The notes: a model not told the origin generated them from the sequence alone. Counted from the whole stretch's first letter, positions 21,642 to 33,933 are shown. The stretch: DNA of 63,998 bases, filler included, from Chrysochromulina tobinii (GCA_001275005.1; 12 parts of 12 records of this genome joined end to end with filler, not necessarily neighbours in it), one strand, 5' to 3'. Numbers and translations are program-made.

Positions 21642-24600
21642 TCACATCCCCCCCGCCTCTGCGCCAACTGCCGCCGCCGCTGCCTGCACCGTGACGCATA
21701 TGCCGCGGCTCATGAGCACGTGGCGTTGCTTCATCAGGATGACTGCGTCGGCCTCGGCCGCCTTGACGGCACCCAGGAGCAGCTGCTCCTGTGCCACCGC
21801 CTGCTCGTAGAAGATGACGAGGGCCATCAGTGTTCATCCATCGCACTCAATGGCCATCAAGGGCCATCTCAGGGCCATCAATGGCCATCCCAGGGCCATC
21901 CCAGGGCCAGTCCATCTGGCAATCAGTCGCAATCAGTCGCAATCAGTCGCAATCAGTCGCAATCAGCCGCAATCAGTCGCAATCAGTCCATCTGGCAATC
22001 AGTCGCAATCTGTGGCCATCCATGGCCATCAAATGGCGGTCCCATGTCCAATCCATCTGGCAGAATGAGATGGCACTGAGATCGAGATCACCATCTCGCA
22101 CGCACCTGCTGCACGAGGGCGGTGAGCCGTTGGGGTAGCTTGTCGATCCTCACGCCCTCAGGCAGACCGCGTACCAGCCGTTGGGTGTCGAGCCCGAGGC
22201 CGAGCGGCTCTGCGGCCACGAGCTCGAGGAGTGCTTCGCGCGCGTGCTCCCGCCCCGCATGCATGCAGTGGTCGATGAGCGCCTACCATATTAGGCAACC
22301 ACGAGAGATCAAGCGAATGCTCATCAGAGGCAATCAAGCGAATGCTCATCAGAGGCAATCAAGCGAATGCTCATCAGAGGCAATCAAGCGAATGCTCATC
22401 AGAGGCAATCAAGCGAATGCTCATCAGAGGCAATCAAGCGAATGCTCATCAGCGAAAGACAAGTTCGGCACCCACCTGCCACAGCTCCACCTCCTGTGGC
22501 CGCTGGCGCACAAAGTCCAGCGCCGCGCGCAAGTCCCCCTGTGAAGACTCGAGCATGAGACGGAGCGCCTCCGCGTGAGCGCCCAGCCGGCCGAGCACGA
22601 ACACCTGCCCTTCGATCAGCTGGTGACGCCGACACACGTCTAACGCGACCTCGAGTGGGTAGTGAGGCGAGCCCTTGGATGCAAGGGGAGTCGAGCGCGC
22701 TGTGATGAGCACTTGCATGCAAGGCCGGTGCTCAGGTGGCAATCAACGTACCTTGAGAAAGGGGAGCAGCAGCGTAGGCTGATGGCGAGCGTAGAGGACG
22801 AGCTGACGGCCATGGAAGGGGGCGCCCAGGTGGACGTCGTAGAGGAAGAGGGCGTGGAGATACTCGAACAGACGACCCTCGGCCACGCCGCTGGGCGAGG
22901 GTGGCGCGCCGTCCGGAGCGCCCGACGCGGCGCTCGCTTGCTCCATGGCGGCGGCGGCGTCGAGCTGCGTAACCACCGCCTCGGGCGGCACGGCTTCCAC
23001 ATAGCGCAGCAGCAAGGCGAGGGTCTTCTCCCATGAGTGGCTCGCGAGCTGGCTCACCTGATGAGGGAGGCAATCACATGCAATCATGGATCATCAGCGG
23101 TTCCCATGAATGGCTCGCGAGCTGGCTCACCTGATGAGGGAGGCAATCACATGCACGCATGCAACCATGGCTCATCACCTTGTCACGGCAGATGAGGGAG
23201 GCAATCACATGCACGCATGCAATCATGGCTCATCACCTTGTCACGGCAGTAGCCATGGACCGAGTGCAGCTCAATGAAGTGGAAGACATCGACCTCATGC
23301 GGCGGCAGTTGAAGCAAGAGCCGCAGGGCTGCCTCATGCTGCTTCGCATGGCAATGGAGCAGCGCCATCGACTCCATGAGGCGAGGCTGCGCCAATAAAC
23401 CGCCGGGCAGCCGACGCGCTATATCGAGCACTGCGCGTTGCACCACCGCCGGCCGGCAGTCAGAGGCAATCAGAGGCAATCAGAGGCCATCAGAGGCCAT
23501 CAGAGGCGAGTCTTCACCTGCGCGTTGCACCACCGCCGGCCGGTAGACGCTCGAAGGCCAGCGCCGCAGCAACAGCAGCAAGTGCGCACCTGGGTCGTTG
23601 GGCATGCCCGCGACGGCGCTTGCGCCGTGTCGAGCGCCTGCGCCTGCGCCGCCGCCCGTACCGGCCGCGATCGCGGCCGGCGGCGTGATCGCGGCGGCAA
23701 GCGCCTGCTCATAGAGCGACGAGTCTCGTCAATTAGAGGCAATTAGAGGCAATCCGAGGCAATCCGAGGCAATCCGAGGCAGTCAGAGGCGAGTCTTCAC
23801 CTGCTCGTAGGTCTCTTGAGGTAGCTGCGGGTTGCTGAGCGGCACATGAGGCGCAAGCTGCGGCAGAGCTCCCGCCGCACCGAAGGCGCGAATCCAGCGT
23901 TGCCAAAGCTCGGGCCGCCTGCCTAAATAGGAAGCACAGAGAGTGGCCGCTCGTTCCAACTGCCCGGCGCGCAGCGTGCCGCCGATGTGCACCTCGGCAA
24001 TGTCGAGCACCTGATGAGGGAGGCCAATCAACATGCAATCAGACTCAATCAGTCTGATGGGATCCTCGGCAATGTCGAGCACCTGATGAGGGAGGCCATT
24101 CACATGAACTCAGAGGCAATCAGCATGCCGCCGAGTTGCGCCTCGGCTGAGGGAGGTCATCCACGGCAATCGAGCGTCATCAGTGGCAATCAAGCGTCAT
24201 CAGTGGCCATCAATCTCGAGTACCTTGTGCGCCTTGAGCTCAGCCTCGTGGCGTGTCGCGACAGACAGTGCAGCCTCGACCTTGCCGCGCTCGAGCAGCC
24301 ATCCGACGCGGTCGTCCCAATCGCGCGAACGGGCCACGATGATGTCCCGAGGTGAGACGATGTACGCGGTGGTCTCGGGGAGCAGAGACTCGTCGCCGTC
24401 GATGCCAAAGCGAGAAGGCTCGCCGCCAGTGCCGCCGCCGCCGCCGCCTCCACTGCCGCCGCCTCCCCCCCACCCACCACCTCCTCCTCCTCCTCCTCCT
24501 CCGCCGCCGCCGCCGCCGCTACCCACTTCCTCCGCGACGCCACCGAAGCCTTGCGCCGTCTCGTCCGCGACCAGGAACGAGTGCCAGGCGGCCGTGCGCG

Positions 24601-25785
24601 GCGGCAGCGCGAGCCCATACGAGCCGCACCGAAGGTCTCCGAAGCCCTCGACGGAGAGCGCATCCGTCAAGAATTCGTCATTTTGGCGCGAGATCAAGCG
24701 GAGCTCAGGCCGCTGCGCGGACGCGGGCGCCGCGCCTCCCGGTCCGTATTTATCCTCATCGGCGGGCTCGCACACGTACGCGAGCACCAGAAGATCCGAC
24801 TGCAGGCCGCGTCCGTGCTCGTATCGAATGGTCACGCCAGCGAGACCACAGATGTAAAAGTCCGTCTGGATCAGGGCGATGATCTCCATGTACGTGGCGA
24901 CCGAGGCGGCCGAGCCCGCGCCCACGCCGCCCAGCGGCGCGCCGCCTGCTGCACCCGCGCAGCTGCTGCCACCCAGCTGCAATACTCGCTCACGCACCCG
25001 CCCAATCTTGATGGTGTCGGCCCACCTGCATGCAATGCGGGTGCCCATCAGAGCCAGTCAGTGCCAATCAGAACCAATCAGAGCCCATCAGAGCCCATCA
25101 GAGCCCATCAGAGCCAATCTGTGAATCAGAGCCAGTCAGAGCCAATCAGTGCCCACCCGATGATGAGCTCGATGCGACTCTCCCAACGTAGATGGCACCG
25201 AAAGGAGGCGGGCGGCGGAGCGCCGGGCGTGCGCTCGATGTACGAGACGCGCTTCGCGTGCTGCGCGTCGTACACCTTGACGCCCTGGTCGTTGGCCCAG
25301 GCGAGCATGGGCCCACTCATCGCGATCGCCTGCACGGGCCCCTCGCCCGCATGCACCACGTTATCCTTGGAGCCGAACCAGCCGCGCGAGTTGATGATGA
25401 GCTGGCCTTCGAGGCCGCCGGTCGCGAAGACGCGCCGCGCCGCGTACTCACTGTCCAGTGCGATCGCGCGCACCGGCCGGTGGTACCAGTGCGTCGAGGC
25501 CTCGCCGCCGAAGAGCGACGAGACCACGACGGTCCCGTCGGTCGAGCACGAGCCGACAAACTCGCCAGTCACGTCGACGCAGATGTCTGTGACCGCGGCC
25601 GAGTGCGGCGAGAAGCGCCGGATCTCGTTGCCGCCCAGGTCGAGCACGTGCACCGCGCCGCCTTCGGTGCCGAGCGCGAGGAACTTCACGTGCGCCGTGA
25701 GGCACGTGGCCGCGTCCGCCGCGAGGATCTTGGCCACCGAGCCGCCAAGGCGCTGGTACTTGAAGGTGGGCTCCTGCTCGGCCAT
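21642..25785 (-). CDS. VPS41: Vacuolar protein sorting 41 (HOPS subunit); 9 exons, introns at 25026-25156, 24011-24223, 23705-23800, 23431-23517, 23058-23236, 22674-22751, 22283-22475, 21801-22105
   Basis: EPTFKYQRLG, FLALGT, SRGWFGSKDNVVHAGEGPV, AWANDQGVKVYD, IIGWADTIKI, YIVSPRDIIVAR..DDRVGWLLE, LLPFLK-GSPHYPLEVALDVC, VFVLGRLG; splicing restores a continuous frame. Confidence 0.93.
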
Positions 25786-26038
25786 TGGTGCGCGAGGATG
25801 TTCTCCAGCGTTGCGGCGCTGGAAGAAAAGAAAAGCTCGAGTTGCATCCCCCGCGTGATCGCGCAAAAAGGAGTCGAAGATGCGCGTCGCGAAGTGTGAA
25901 CTCGTCGTGCGAAGCGTTTCCAGTGCGCGGCACTGATCTGTGATTTGATGTTACATTACAGATTGTCGACCGACTCACACTCCATCACGCAAACCCGAGC
26001 TCCGAAACCGAGCGCGTGTGTCTTGAGGAGAAAGTCGC

Positions 26039-27556
26039 ATGTGGATCTTGATCGCGACTCAGCTGCTCATCGTCGGAGTGGACGCTTCACGCTTCTGGTG
26101 CCACAAGTTTGAAGATGGCCAGTGCATAGCGCCGGGCGATGCCGGTCTCACGCTCACCACCGAAGACAAGGCGAAGATGAGCGCCTTTGTGAAGGCTGTC
26201 CTCTCCTCGTCCTGGCAGCGTCCGCAAGTGGTGAACTCGTCGACGATTCGGAATAAGGTGCTGGCCGGATACCAGGGATGGGCTGGCGCACGCGGGACCT
26301 GGGATCATTGGACAAACGACGGCCAGATGGCGCCCTCTGCCACCGATCCCGATGTGAATCATTGGGAGCACTTTGAGATGATCCCGCAGATGGGCGAGTA
26401 CCCACTTGGAGCACTGCAGGCGACGGGCTTCAAGTACCATGGGAATGGCAGCGTCGTGAATGTGTACGCAAATGCCGCCGAGGGCGTCGTTGATTTGCAT
26501 TTCCAGTGGATGAAGGACTACGGCATGGATGGCGTGCTCCTCCAACGCTTCATCAGCGATGTCATCAACCCGGGCAAAGGACTGGATCATTTCAACACGA
26601 TCCTGGCGCAAGCGGACGCGGCAGCGGCCAAGCACGGGCGCACCTACGCCATCATGTACGACATGAGCGGCGCCGCGAGCACATGGGATACGGACATCGA
26701 CGCGGACTTTGTGAGCCATGTGAAGAACTACACGTCCTCCGAGCGCTACCTCAAGGAGAAGGGGCGGCCTGTCGTATGCATCTTCGGCCTTGGGCTCGTG
26801 GACCACGCGCAGGCTACAGTCGACTCGTCGCTGCGCTTCATCCGCTCAATGCAGGCCAACGGCTTCTACGTGATCGGCTCAGGTCCTTACTATTGGCGAG
26901 AGGGTACGCATGACGCTCTCCCCGGGTACAGTGGCGTCTTTACGGCCTTCGACGCGATCATGCCATGGTCGGTGGGCCGGTACAGCAGTGCGCTCGACTT
27001 CAGTCGTCTGGGGCCCCTCGTCGAGGCGGACGCGGCGCTCACCCAAAGCCGCGGCCAGGGGTACGCGCCGATCGCGTTCCCGGGTTACTCCTACTGGGGT
27101 ACCAACAAAATCAACTTCATCAAACGCTATGCTGGGCAATTCTTCCGCGCGCAGATTGATGCGTACCTGAACACCTCGGGCGTGAGCTTCAACTACATTG
27201 CCATGTTCGACGAGGTACACGCAGATTGCACCCTTCTGGATCTTGATCTCGAGTGGATCTCGATTGCACCCCTTGGGATACACCCTATGATGGATCCTGA
27301 TGGTCCCCCCAAAATGCGCGACCCAATGCAGGTGCAGGAGGGCACCGCCATCTACAAGTTTGCCGCGAATGACGCCGAGTCCGCAGAGCCTGGCACGAGT
27401 CCGCAGGGCCCGCGGCCCTTTGTGACAGCGTCCATCGATGGCGTGGAAGCCCCCGGAGATTTGTACCTCACCATCGCTGGCGGGATCGCTGGCCAATTCG
27501 CAGCCGCCGCCAGAGGAGGTCCGCCGCTGCCGCCGATGCCGCCCATACAGATTTGA
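26039..27556 (+). CDS. Secreted glycoside hydrolase, GH71/GH99-like; in-frame 117-nt intron 27215-27331
   Basis: Signal peptide; KVLAGYQGW, VDLHFQWMKDYGMDGVLLQRF, YAIMYDMSG, IMPWSVGRY, FPGYSY, YIAMFDE|VQEGTAIYK. Confidence 0.85.
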   Translation: MWILIATQLLIVGVDASRFWCHKFEDGQCIAPGDAGLTLTTEDKAKMSAFVKAVLSSSWQRPQVVNSSTIRNKVLAGYQGWAGARGTWDHWTNDGQMAPSATDPDVNHWEHFEMIPQMGEYPLGALQATGFKYHGNGSVVNVYANAAEGVVDLHFQWMKDYGMDGVLLQRFISDVINPGKGLDHFNTILAQADAAAAKHGRTYAIMYDMSGAASTWDTDIDADFVSHVKNYTSSERYLKEKGRPVVCIFGLGLVDHAQATVDSSLRFIRSMQANGFYVIGSGPYYWREGTHDALPGYSGVFTAFDAIMPWSVGRYSSALDFSRLGPLVEADAALTQSRGQGYAPIAFPGYSYWGTNKINFIKRYAGQFFRAQIDAYLNTSGVSFNYIAMFDEVHADCTLLDLDLEWISIAPLGIHPMMDPDGPPKMRDPMQVQEGTAIYKFAANDAESAEPGTSPQGPRPFVTASIDGVEAPGDLYLTIAGGIAGQFAAAARGGPPLPPMPPIQI

Positions 27557-28169
27557 GTTTTCTTGTCGGAGTTGCGTCGGTGTCGCCGATGAAGTTGACC
27601 GGCGCGGCGGCGGCATCGGCGCGGGCGTCGGCGCTTTTAAGTTTCTTCTTGGTGCAGTTGGGCCGAAAAAAAACAACTTCGGGACCGCATCAGAGGGGCA
27701 CCGCGTGGAACCCGACACCCCACCCTCGAAAGGACCATGTCGGACGCGGTACGGCCTCCTTCTCGCGCCCGTGCGATGCATCACCATCAGCGCTCCATGC
27801 GCGNNNNNNNNNNNNNNNNNNNNNNNNNNNNNNNNNNNNNNNNNNNNTTAATTAATTAANNNNNNNNNNNNNNNNNNNNNNNNNNNNNNNNNNNNNNNNN
27901 NNNTCTTCACCTCTCCTGAAGCATCACGATCGCTGACCGCCGAGCACAGTCAGCGCAATCGGTGCCCAGGTCGCAGTTTCCACGGCCTCGTGCGCCGTCG
28001 CTCGCGCTGCCCTCGATGTTCGCGCGGTGGCGGCCGGGCGATCTGCACTTGCGTCGGAACGTCCTTTCTCGGCCCCTTTCTCGGCCCCTTCCTATCTTCT
28101 TAACTCTTCAGTATAGTCACGCGAAGGCGGCACAGACTTTGCTTCTGTAAAACAAGGCCACTCAACGCT

Positions 28170-29205
28170 AATACTCAACGCAGCGGAGCGTCGTGCTGTA
28201 CACATCTAGGCGTGTAGCGGTAGTGATAGCCGCACGAAGCGGCGGCTTCGATGTGCATCGTCGCGTCGTCGAGCATGCAGACGCGTCGAAGTCGCACCAA
28301 CACCCGTCTGTGTATATAGCTGCACGACCACTCAACGCAGCGGTCACATCATGGCGTGGGGCAGTGAGCGCAGGACGCGGCGTCCTTGATGTGCACGTGC
28401 TATGCACGTGAATCGCGCGGCGTCGTCGAGCAGGTCCACTTCCTCACAAGACCAAGCATGAGCATTGTGCTCGTCGCCACCTTGGACTCAAGTGCACCGT
28501 CGACGACGCAATGCATGTGCAGATTGATCAGGCAGCTTCCTGCGGTCACTGCTACACGCGTAGATGCATACAGCACAGGCTCTGTGCCTGCGTATAGCTG
28601 CTGAATGTCAGAGTCCGACGTGAAGTACGCAAGGTAAGCGCTATCGCAAGCATGAGCGCGAGTGCGATCTTTGACAAGATTGGTCAGGGGAAGCGCCGTA
28701 CTCGGGATCGGCCGGGCTTTGTTCACACCGAGCAGCTATACATAGACGCAGCGCTCGTGCTAGACGCATCTACGCGAGTAGCAACAGCCGCAAGAAGCGG
28801 CCTCATCGATCTGCACTTTGCATTCGTCGTCGACCATGCGATGGGTCGCATCAACGTGCTCATGTTGGGTCTTGCTAAAAAGCTGACCTTGCGAGCCTCA
28901 CGTGGATCTGTGACGCTGAGCAGCTATACATAGACGCAGCGCTCGTGCTAGACGCATCTACGCGAGTAGCAACAGCCGCAAGAAGCGGCCTCATCGATCT
29001 GCACTTTGCATTCGTCGTCGACCATGCAGATGGGTCGCATCAGCAACGTGCTCATGTTGGGTCTTGCTAAGAAGCTGACCTTGCGAGCCTCACGTGGATC
29101 TGTGACGCTGAGCACCTGTATATAGATGCAGCGCTCGTGCTAGACGCATCTACGCGAGTAGCAGCAGCCGCAAGAAGCGGCCTCATCGATCCGCGCTTTG
29201 CACCG
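28170..29205. repeat. ~190-bp repeat family: about three tandem copies (28610-29205) plus degenerate direct and inverted copies upstream
   Basis: 'ATAGACGCAGCGCTCGTGCTAGACGCATCTACGCGAGTAGCAACAGCCGCAAGAAGCGGCCTCATCGATC' recurs; 28420-28605 matches its reverse complement. Confidence 0.8.
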
Positions 29206-29342
29206 CCGCCGCGGTCGTCGATTTATCGCATTTCTCCGTCGGCTTTTTTGTCGGCCCTACACGTGTAATGTAAAATATGCTAATGCTTAATTTAAATACA
29301 CCTTTTGTGCATGTGTATGCATCGAGATCTGCTCACCTCCAG

Positions 29343-30190
29343 TCACATACGCTTACCATGGAAGCTCTCCTGAGAGGTCACCTCGCGCCCTGTCGGCCGC
29401 CCCAGGCCGTCCTTACTCTCATGCGGCGGCGGCGAGGGCGACCGTGGTGGCGAGGGCGACGGTGGTGGCGAGGACGACGGTGGTAACGAGGGCGACGGTG
29501 GCAGCGGCGACGGCGACGGCGGCGGCAGGAAGAGCGACGGCGGCGGCGGCGAGGGCGAGGGCGACAGCGGCGGCGAGGGCGAGGGCGGCGAGGGCGACGG
29601 TGGTGGCGGCGAGGGCGACGGTGGTGGCGGCGAGGGCGGCGGTGGCGAGGGCGAGGGAGGCAGCAGCGACGGCGACGGCGGTGGCGGCGACGGCGGCGGC
29701 AGCAGCGATGGCGATGGCGGCGGCGACGAGGGCGGCGGCTGCGAGGGCGACGGCGACAATGGCGAGAGCAACGATGGCGACGGCGATGGCAGCGAGGGCG
29801 AGGGCGAGGGCGGCAGCAGCGGCGACGGCGGCAGCAGCGATGGCGATGACGGCGGCGACGAGGGCGGCTGCGAGGGCGACGGCGACGGTGGCGAGACCGA
29901 CGATGGCGACGGCGATGGCAGCGAGGGCGAGGGCGAGGGCGGCGGCAGCGGCGACGGCGACAGCAGCGAGGGCGACAGCGGCGGAGGCGAGGTCTCGGGC
30001 GAGGGTGAGGGTGGCGGCGGCGACGGCGGTGTACCGGGCCGGTGACGACCTCGGGCGCGGCCTAGGCAGCGTTGTCCGGATCTGAGTACACAGACGCGCC
30101 CGATGGCGCGCCCCCATCAGGGAACGCAAAGATGCACTCGCCACCGTCGCTGTAGACGATGGTGACGAGCGACACGCTGCATGAGAATAC
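29343..30190 (-). CDS. PPSPPP low-complexity protein fragment, possibly a pseudogene
   Basis: Long Pro/Ser codon repeats; upstream frame interrupted by a stop. Confidence 0.4.
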
Positions 30191-31111
30191 ACTCGAATAC
30201 ACTCGACGACGACGGTCTCCTAGACTACACCTAAAGGATGCACGCCTTTTGCGTGCGTTGAACGCGAACTTCTCTCGGCGGCGCATTGTGCGGCGGGCGC
30301 AGCAGAAGCCTCCGCGCCCTGGCCTTCCGCACTCCGCACTCATCGCGCCTACCTCTCGGCCGTTGTCGACCTCTCCAACATCAGCGTTGATCTCCTACAT
30401 CAGAGCCTGCGGCATCGCGGCGAGATTCGGCTGCATGGGTGGGTCAGGAATCGGCCGCAGGAGACCATTATCGCGCGCAGGGCCTGAGCTGCGAGGACTG
30501 CGGCAGCTCTAGCCATGCGGAAGCTGGGCCATGAGCTATTTTCCCGAGCCCTCATGACGGCCACGGAAAAAACAAAAGCGACAAACAAAAATGGACACCG
30601 AATGGACTCATTCACAGTCACTCCGTTCATCATCAAAGCCGCACCAGGTGCAGTACGATGCGATCGCGCACAGAGTACGTTGCGTTGTGATTTCGTGCTG
30701 TGTACCGTGTGATCTCGTCGGATAGTGTGAATAACTGTATTGTGCTCGAAACCGCAGTGCGTGTGTGAAGCTGGGAACGGGTGCTGTACTGTCAATATCA
30801 CCAACGGAAAGGCCGATCACTACCAACGTTAGTAGTTCACTACCAACGTCAGGGGTTGGTAGTGAGGTTAGTAGTTCGTTACCAACCCCAGACCTAGTAA
30901 CAAACTTGGTTACGAATCAAGTTTTGTTGTTGTGTAGGGGATCGGTTCAGCTTCCCACACGATTTTTCCCCTCAACCTCACACAAGCGACGGTCGAAGCC
31001 CTCATCGAACATCGTGGGCGCCATCGCAGCCCGGGAAATTCTACCACACCCACCTTTGGGCTCAGCCTGGGAATTCTGCCCGGGATTTCTGCCACACCCA
31101 TCTCTGACGGC

Positions 31112-31441
31112 TCACGAATGCGCAGATTGGAAGTTTTCTGCCCTCACGGATTCCAGCATTGCTTGCTTCATGTGATACCTCTGCTCAGCTTGGGTCTTTG
31201 AAGTTACGCCCTTGTATGCTTCTCTTGCGACATTGTAGAGCTTCTTGGCCAACACGGCGGAGATTACAACGCCACCGCACGGGGGGCATATGGCCGTAAT
31301 GGCGCCAATCGCCACACTCTCCTCAGCGTGACTCAGAATAGCGCCTGCCACTTTGTCAAAACCAACCTCAAGATCCGGGCAAGTTCTCACGTTGTGGTTC
31401 GGTGCTCCGCTCGCGCCCTTGCAGAAGGAGCATACCATTGA
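31112..31441 (-). CDS. Small protein with N-terminal zinc knuckle and hydrophobic helices
   Basis: MVCSFCK...NHNVRTCP (CxxC..HNxRTC) followed by Gly/Ala-rich helices. Confidence 0.55.
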   Translation of the reverse strand, partial: SMVCSFCKGASGAPNHNVRTCPDLEVGFDKVAGAILSHAEESVAIGAITAICPPCGGVVISAVLAKKLYNVAREAYKGVTSKTQAEQRYHMKQAMLESVRAENFQSAHS

Positions 31442-31883
31442 AACCGATCTAACCATCTTCCACAATCGGAAGGTCATGAACTTAAGTACTTCTGAGCCGA
31501 AAAAACGAAAAACTCACACTCCGAACGCTGGCTCGGCGACTCTCTCGCGAACATCCTTGCCCCCCTCGTCCTTTTGCCGCTTTTGCTTCCGGCCTCTTCA
31601 CCTGGGCGCGGCGGCTACCCAAGCGAGCGAGAGGTGCGCGGCTAGTGCGCGGCCGAGGACGCCACGTCGCCTGTGTCGAGCTCTCACAACCGCGACGCCC
31701 GGCCCAACCGCTTTGCCCTTCAGCAGAATCCCCGTGCGCAGGTCGCCAATCCTGCTCGGATGCCTCACCCTCGCCACCTCGCTNNNNNNNNNNNNNNNNN
31801 NNNNNNNNNNNNNNNNNNNNNNNNNNNTTAATTAATTAANNNNNNNNNNNNNNNNNNNNNNNNNNNNNNNNNNNNNNNNNNNN

Positions 31884-33933
31884 ACGATGCCATGAAGGCG
31901 GCAATCGCCGCGGTGGGCACCATCGAGCCGCTCGCGGCGCTTGTGCGGCCGTCTGCGTTGGCGTCCATATCCAGGCTTCCCTCCTCGCGCCTCCGCTTCC
32001 CCGTGCCCTTGCCGCCCCCCGCCCCGCCAGAAGTGCCGGCCTCGTCTGCTGTGAGCAGCTGTGTTTGGCCGACCCTAGCCTCAGCCGTCCTTCTGTTATC
32101 GCCGCCGTTCGCCAGCTTCGCCAGCTTCGCCAAGGCTAACGCTGCGTTCGCCTTGCCTTGAGCGTCGCCGTCGCGCACGAGCGCCTCGAGCGGCTCGATG
32201 GCGCCCGCCACGGCGATGACCGCCTTGATGGCATCGTCGCCGGCCGCCAGATTCGCCAAGGCGCCAGCCGCGTTCGCCTTGCCTTGGGCGTCGCCGTCGC
32301 GCACGAGCGTCGCAAGCGGCTCGATGGCTCCCGCAAATGAGATTGCTGCCTTTGTGGCATCGACGCCGGCCGCTAGCTTCTGTAAGGCGAAGGCTGCGTT
32401 CGCCTTGCCGTGAGCGTCGCCGTCGCGCACGAGCGCCGCGAGCGGCCCGATGGCGCCCGCCGCGGCGATGGCCGCACCGATGTTTTCGTCGCCGGCCGCC
32501 AGATTCGCCAAGGCGCCGGCTGCGCAGGCCTTGCCTCGCGCGTCGCCGTCGCGCACGAGCGCCACAAGCGGCCCCATGGCGTCCGCCGCGGTGATTGCTG
32601 CCTTGGTGGCATCGACGCCGGCCGCTAGCTTCTGTAAGGCGAAGGCTGCGTTTGCCTTGCCTAGAGCGTCGCCGTCGCGCACGAGCGCCGTGAGCGGCCC
32701 GATGGCGCCCGCCGCGGCGATGGCTGTCGTATTTGCAGCGTTGTCGAACGCCAGATTCGCCAAGGCGCCGGCTGCATAGGCCTTGCCTTGAGCGTCGCCG
32801 TCGCGTACGAGCGCCGCAAGCGGCTCGATCGCGCCCGCCGCGGCGATGGCCGATACGAAGGTATCGTCGCCGCCCGCCAGATTAGCCAATGTTAAGGCTG
32901 CGTCCGCCTTGCCTAGAGCGTCGCCGTCGCGCACGAGCGCCGTGAGCGGCCCGATGGCGCCCGCCGCGGCGATGGCTGCCGTGTTTGCAGCGTCGCCGAC
33001 TGCCAGAGCCGCCAAGACGCTGGCTGCATCCGCCTTGCCACGAGCGTCGCCGTCGCGCACGAGCGCCGCGAGCGGCTCGATGGCGCCCGCCGCGGCGATT
33101 ACCGCGGCGATGTTTTCGTCGCCGGCCGCCAGATTCGCCAAGGCGCCGGCTGCGCAGGCCTTGCCTCGCGCGTCGCCGTCGCGCACGAGCGCCGCAAGCG
33201 GCCCCATGGCGTCCGCCGCGGAGATGGCCGCCTTGATGGCATCGTCGCCATGCGCCAGCTTCGCCAAGGCGAAGGCTGCGTGGGCCTTGCCTAGAGCGTC
33301 GCCGTCGCGCACGAGCGCCGTGAGCGGCTCGATGGCGCCCGCCACGGCGATTGTCGCCTTGATGGCATCGTCGCCGAACGCGAGATTCGCCAAGGCGTGG
33401 GCTGCATCTGCCTTGCCGTGAGCGTCGCCGTCGCGCACGAGCGCCGCGAGCGACACGATGGCGCCCGCCCCTGCGATGGCCGCACCGATGTTTTCGTCGC
33501 CGACCGCCAGATTCGCCAAGGCTCCGGCTGCGCGGGCCTTGCCTTGAGCGTCGCCGTCGCGCACGAGCGCCGCGAGCGGCTCGATGGCGTCCGCCGCGGC
33601 GATGGCCGCTGTATTTCGAGCGTTGCCGTTCGACAGATTCGCCAAGGCGCCGGCTGCGCAGGCCTTGCCTCGCGCGTCGCCGTCGCGCACGAGCGCCACG
33701 AGCGGCTCGATGGCGTCCGCCGCGGAGATGGCCGCCTTGATGGCATCGTCGCCATGCGCCAGCTTCGCCAAGGCGAAGGCTGCATTGGCCTTGCCTCGAG
33801 CGTCGCCGTTGCGCACGAGCACCGCAAGATGCTCGATGGCGTCCGCCGCGGCATTTGCCTCTGTATTTGCATCGTGTTCCGCCATGAGCCTTTTTACCGA
33901 GAAGATTTCATCAAATTCAGGCATTCCTATCAT
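31884..33933 (-). CDS. Armadillo-repeat protein (about 14 x 41-aa near-identical repeats), 3' truncated
   Basis: AIAAAGAIEPLAALVRDGDAxGKAxAAxALAxLA repeats, 123-bp tandem units. Confidence 0.9.

Noticed and set aside
21814..22578. ORFs with SVAISRNQ / MLIRGNQANAHQ repeats
   Set aside because: They are translations of intronic 10-bp and 25-bp repeats antisense to Vps41
24420..24520. Poly-Gly tract in Vps41 as an intron or separate gene
   Set aside because: It is an in-frame trinucleotide expansion in a loop with no splice signals required
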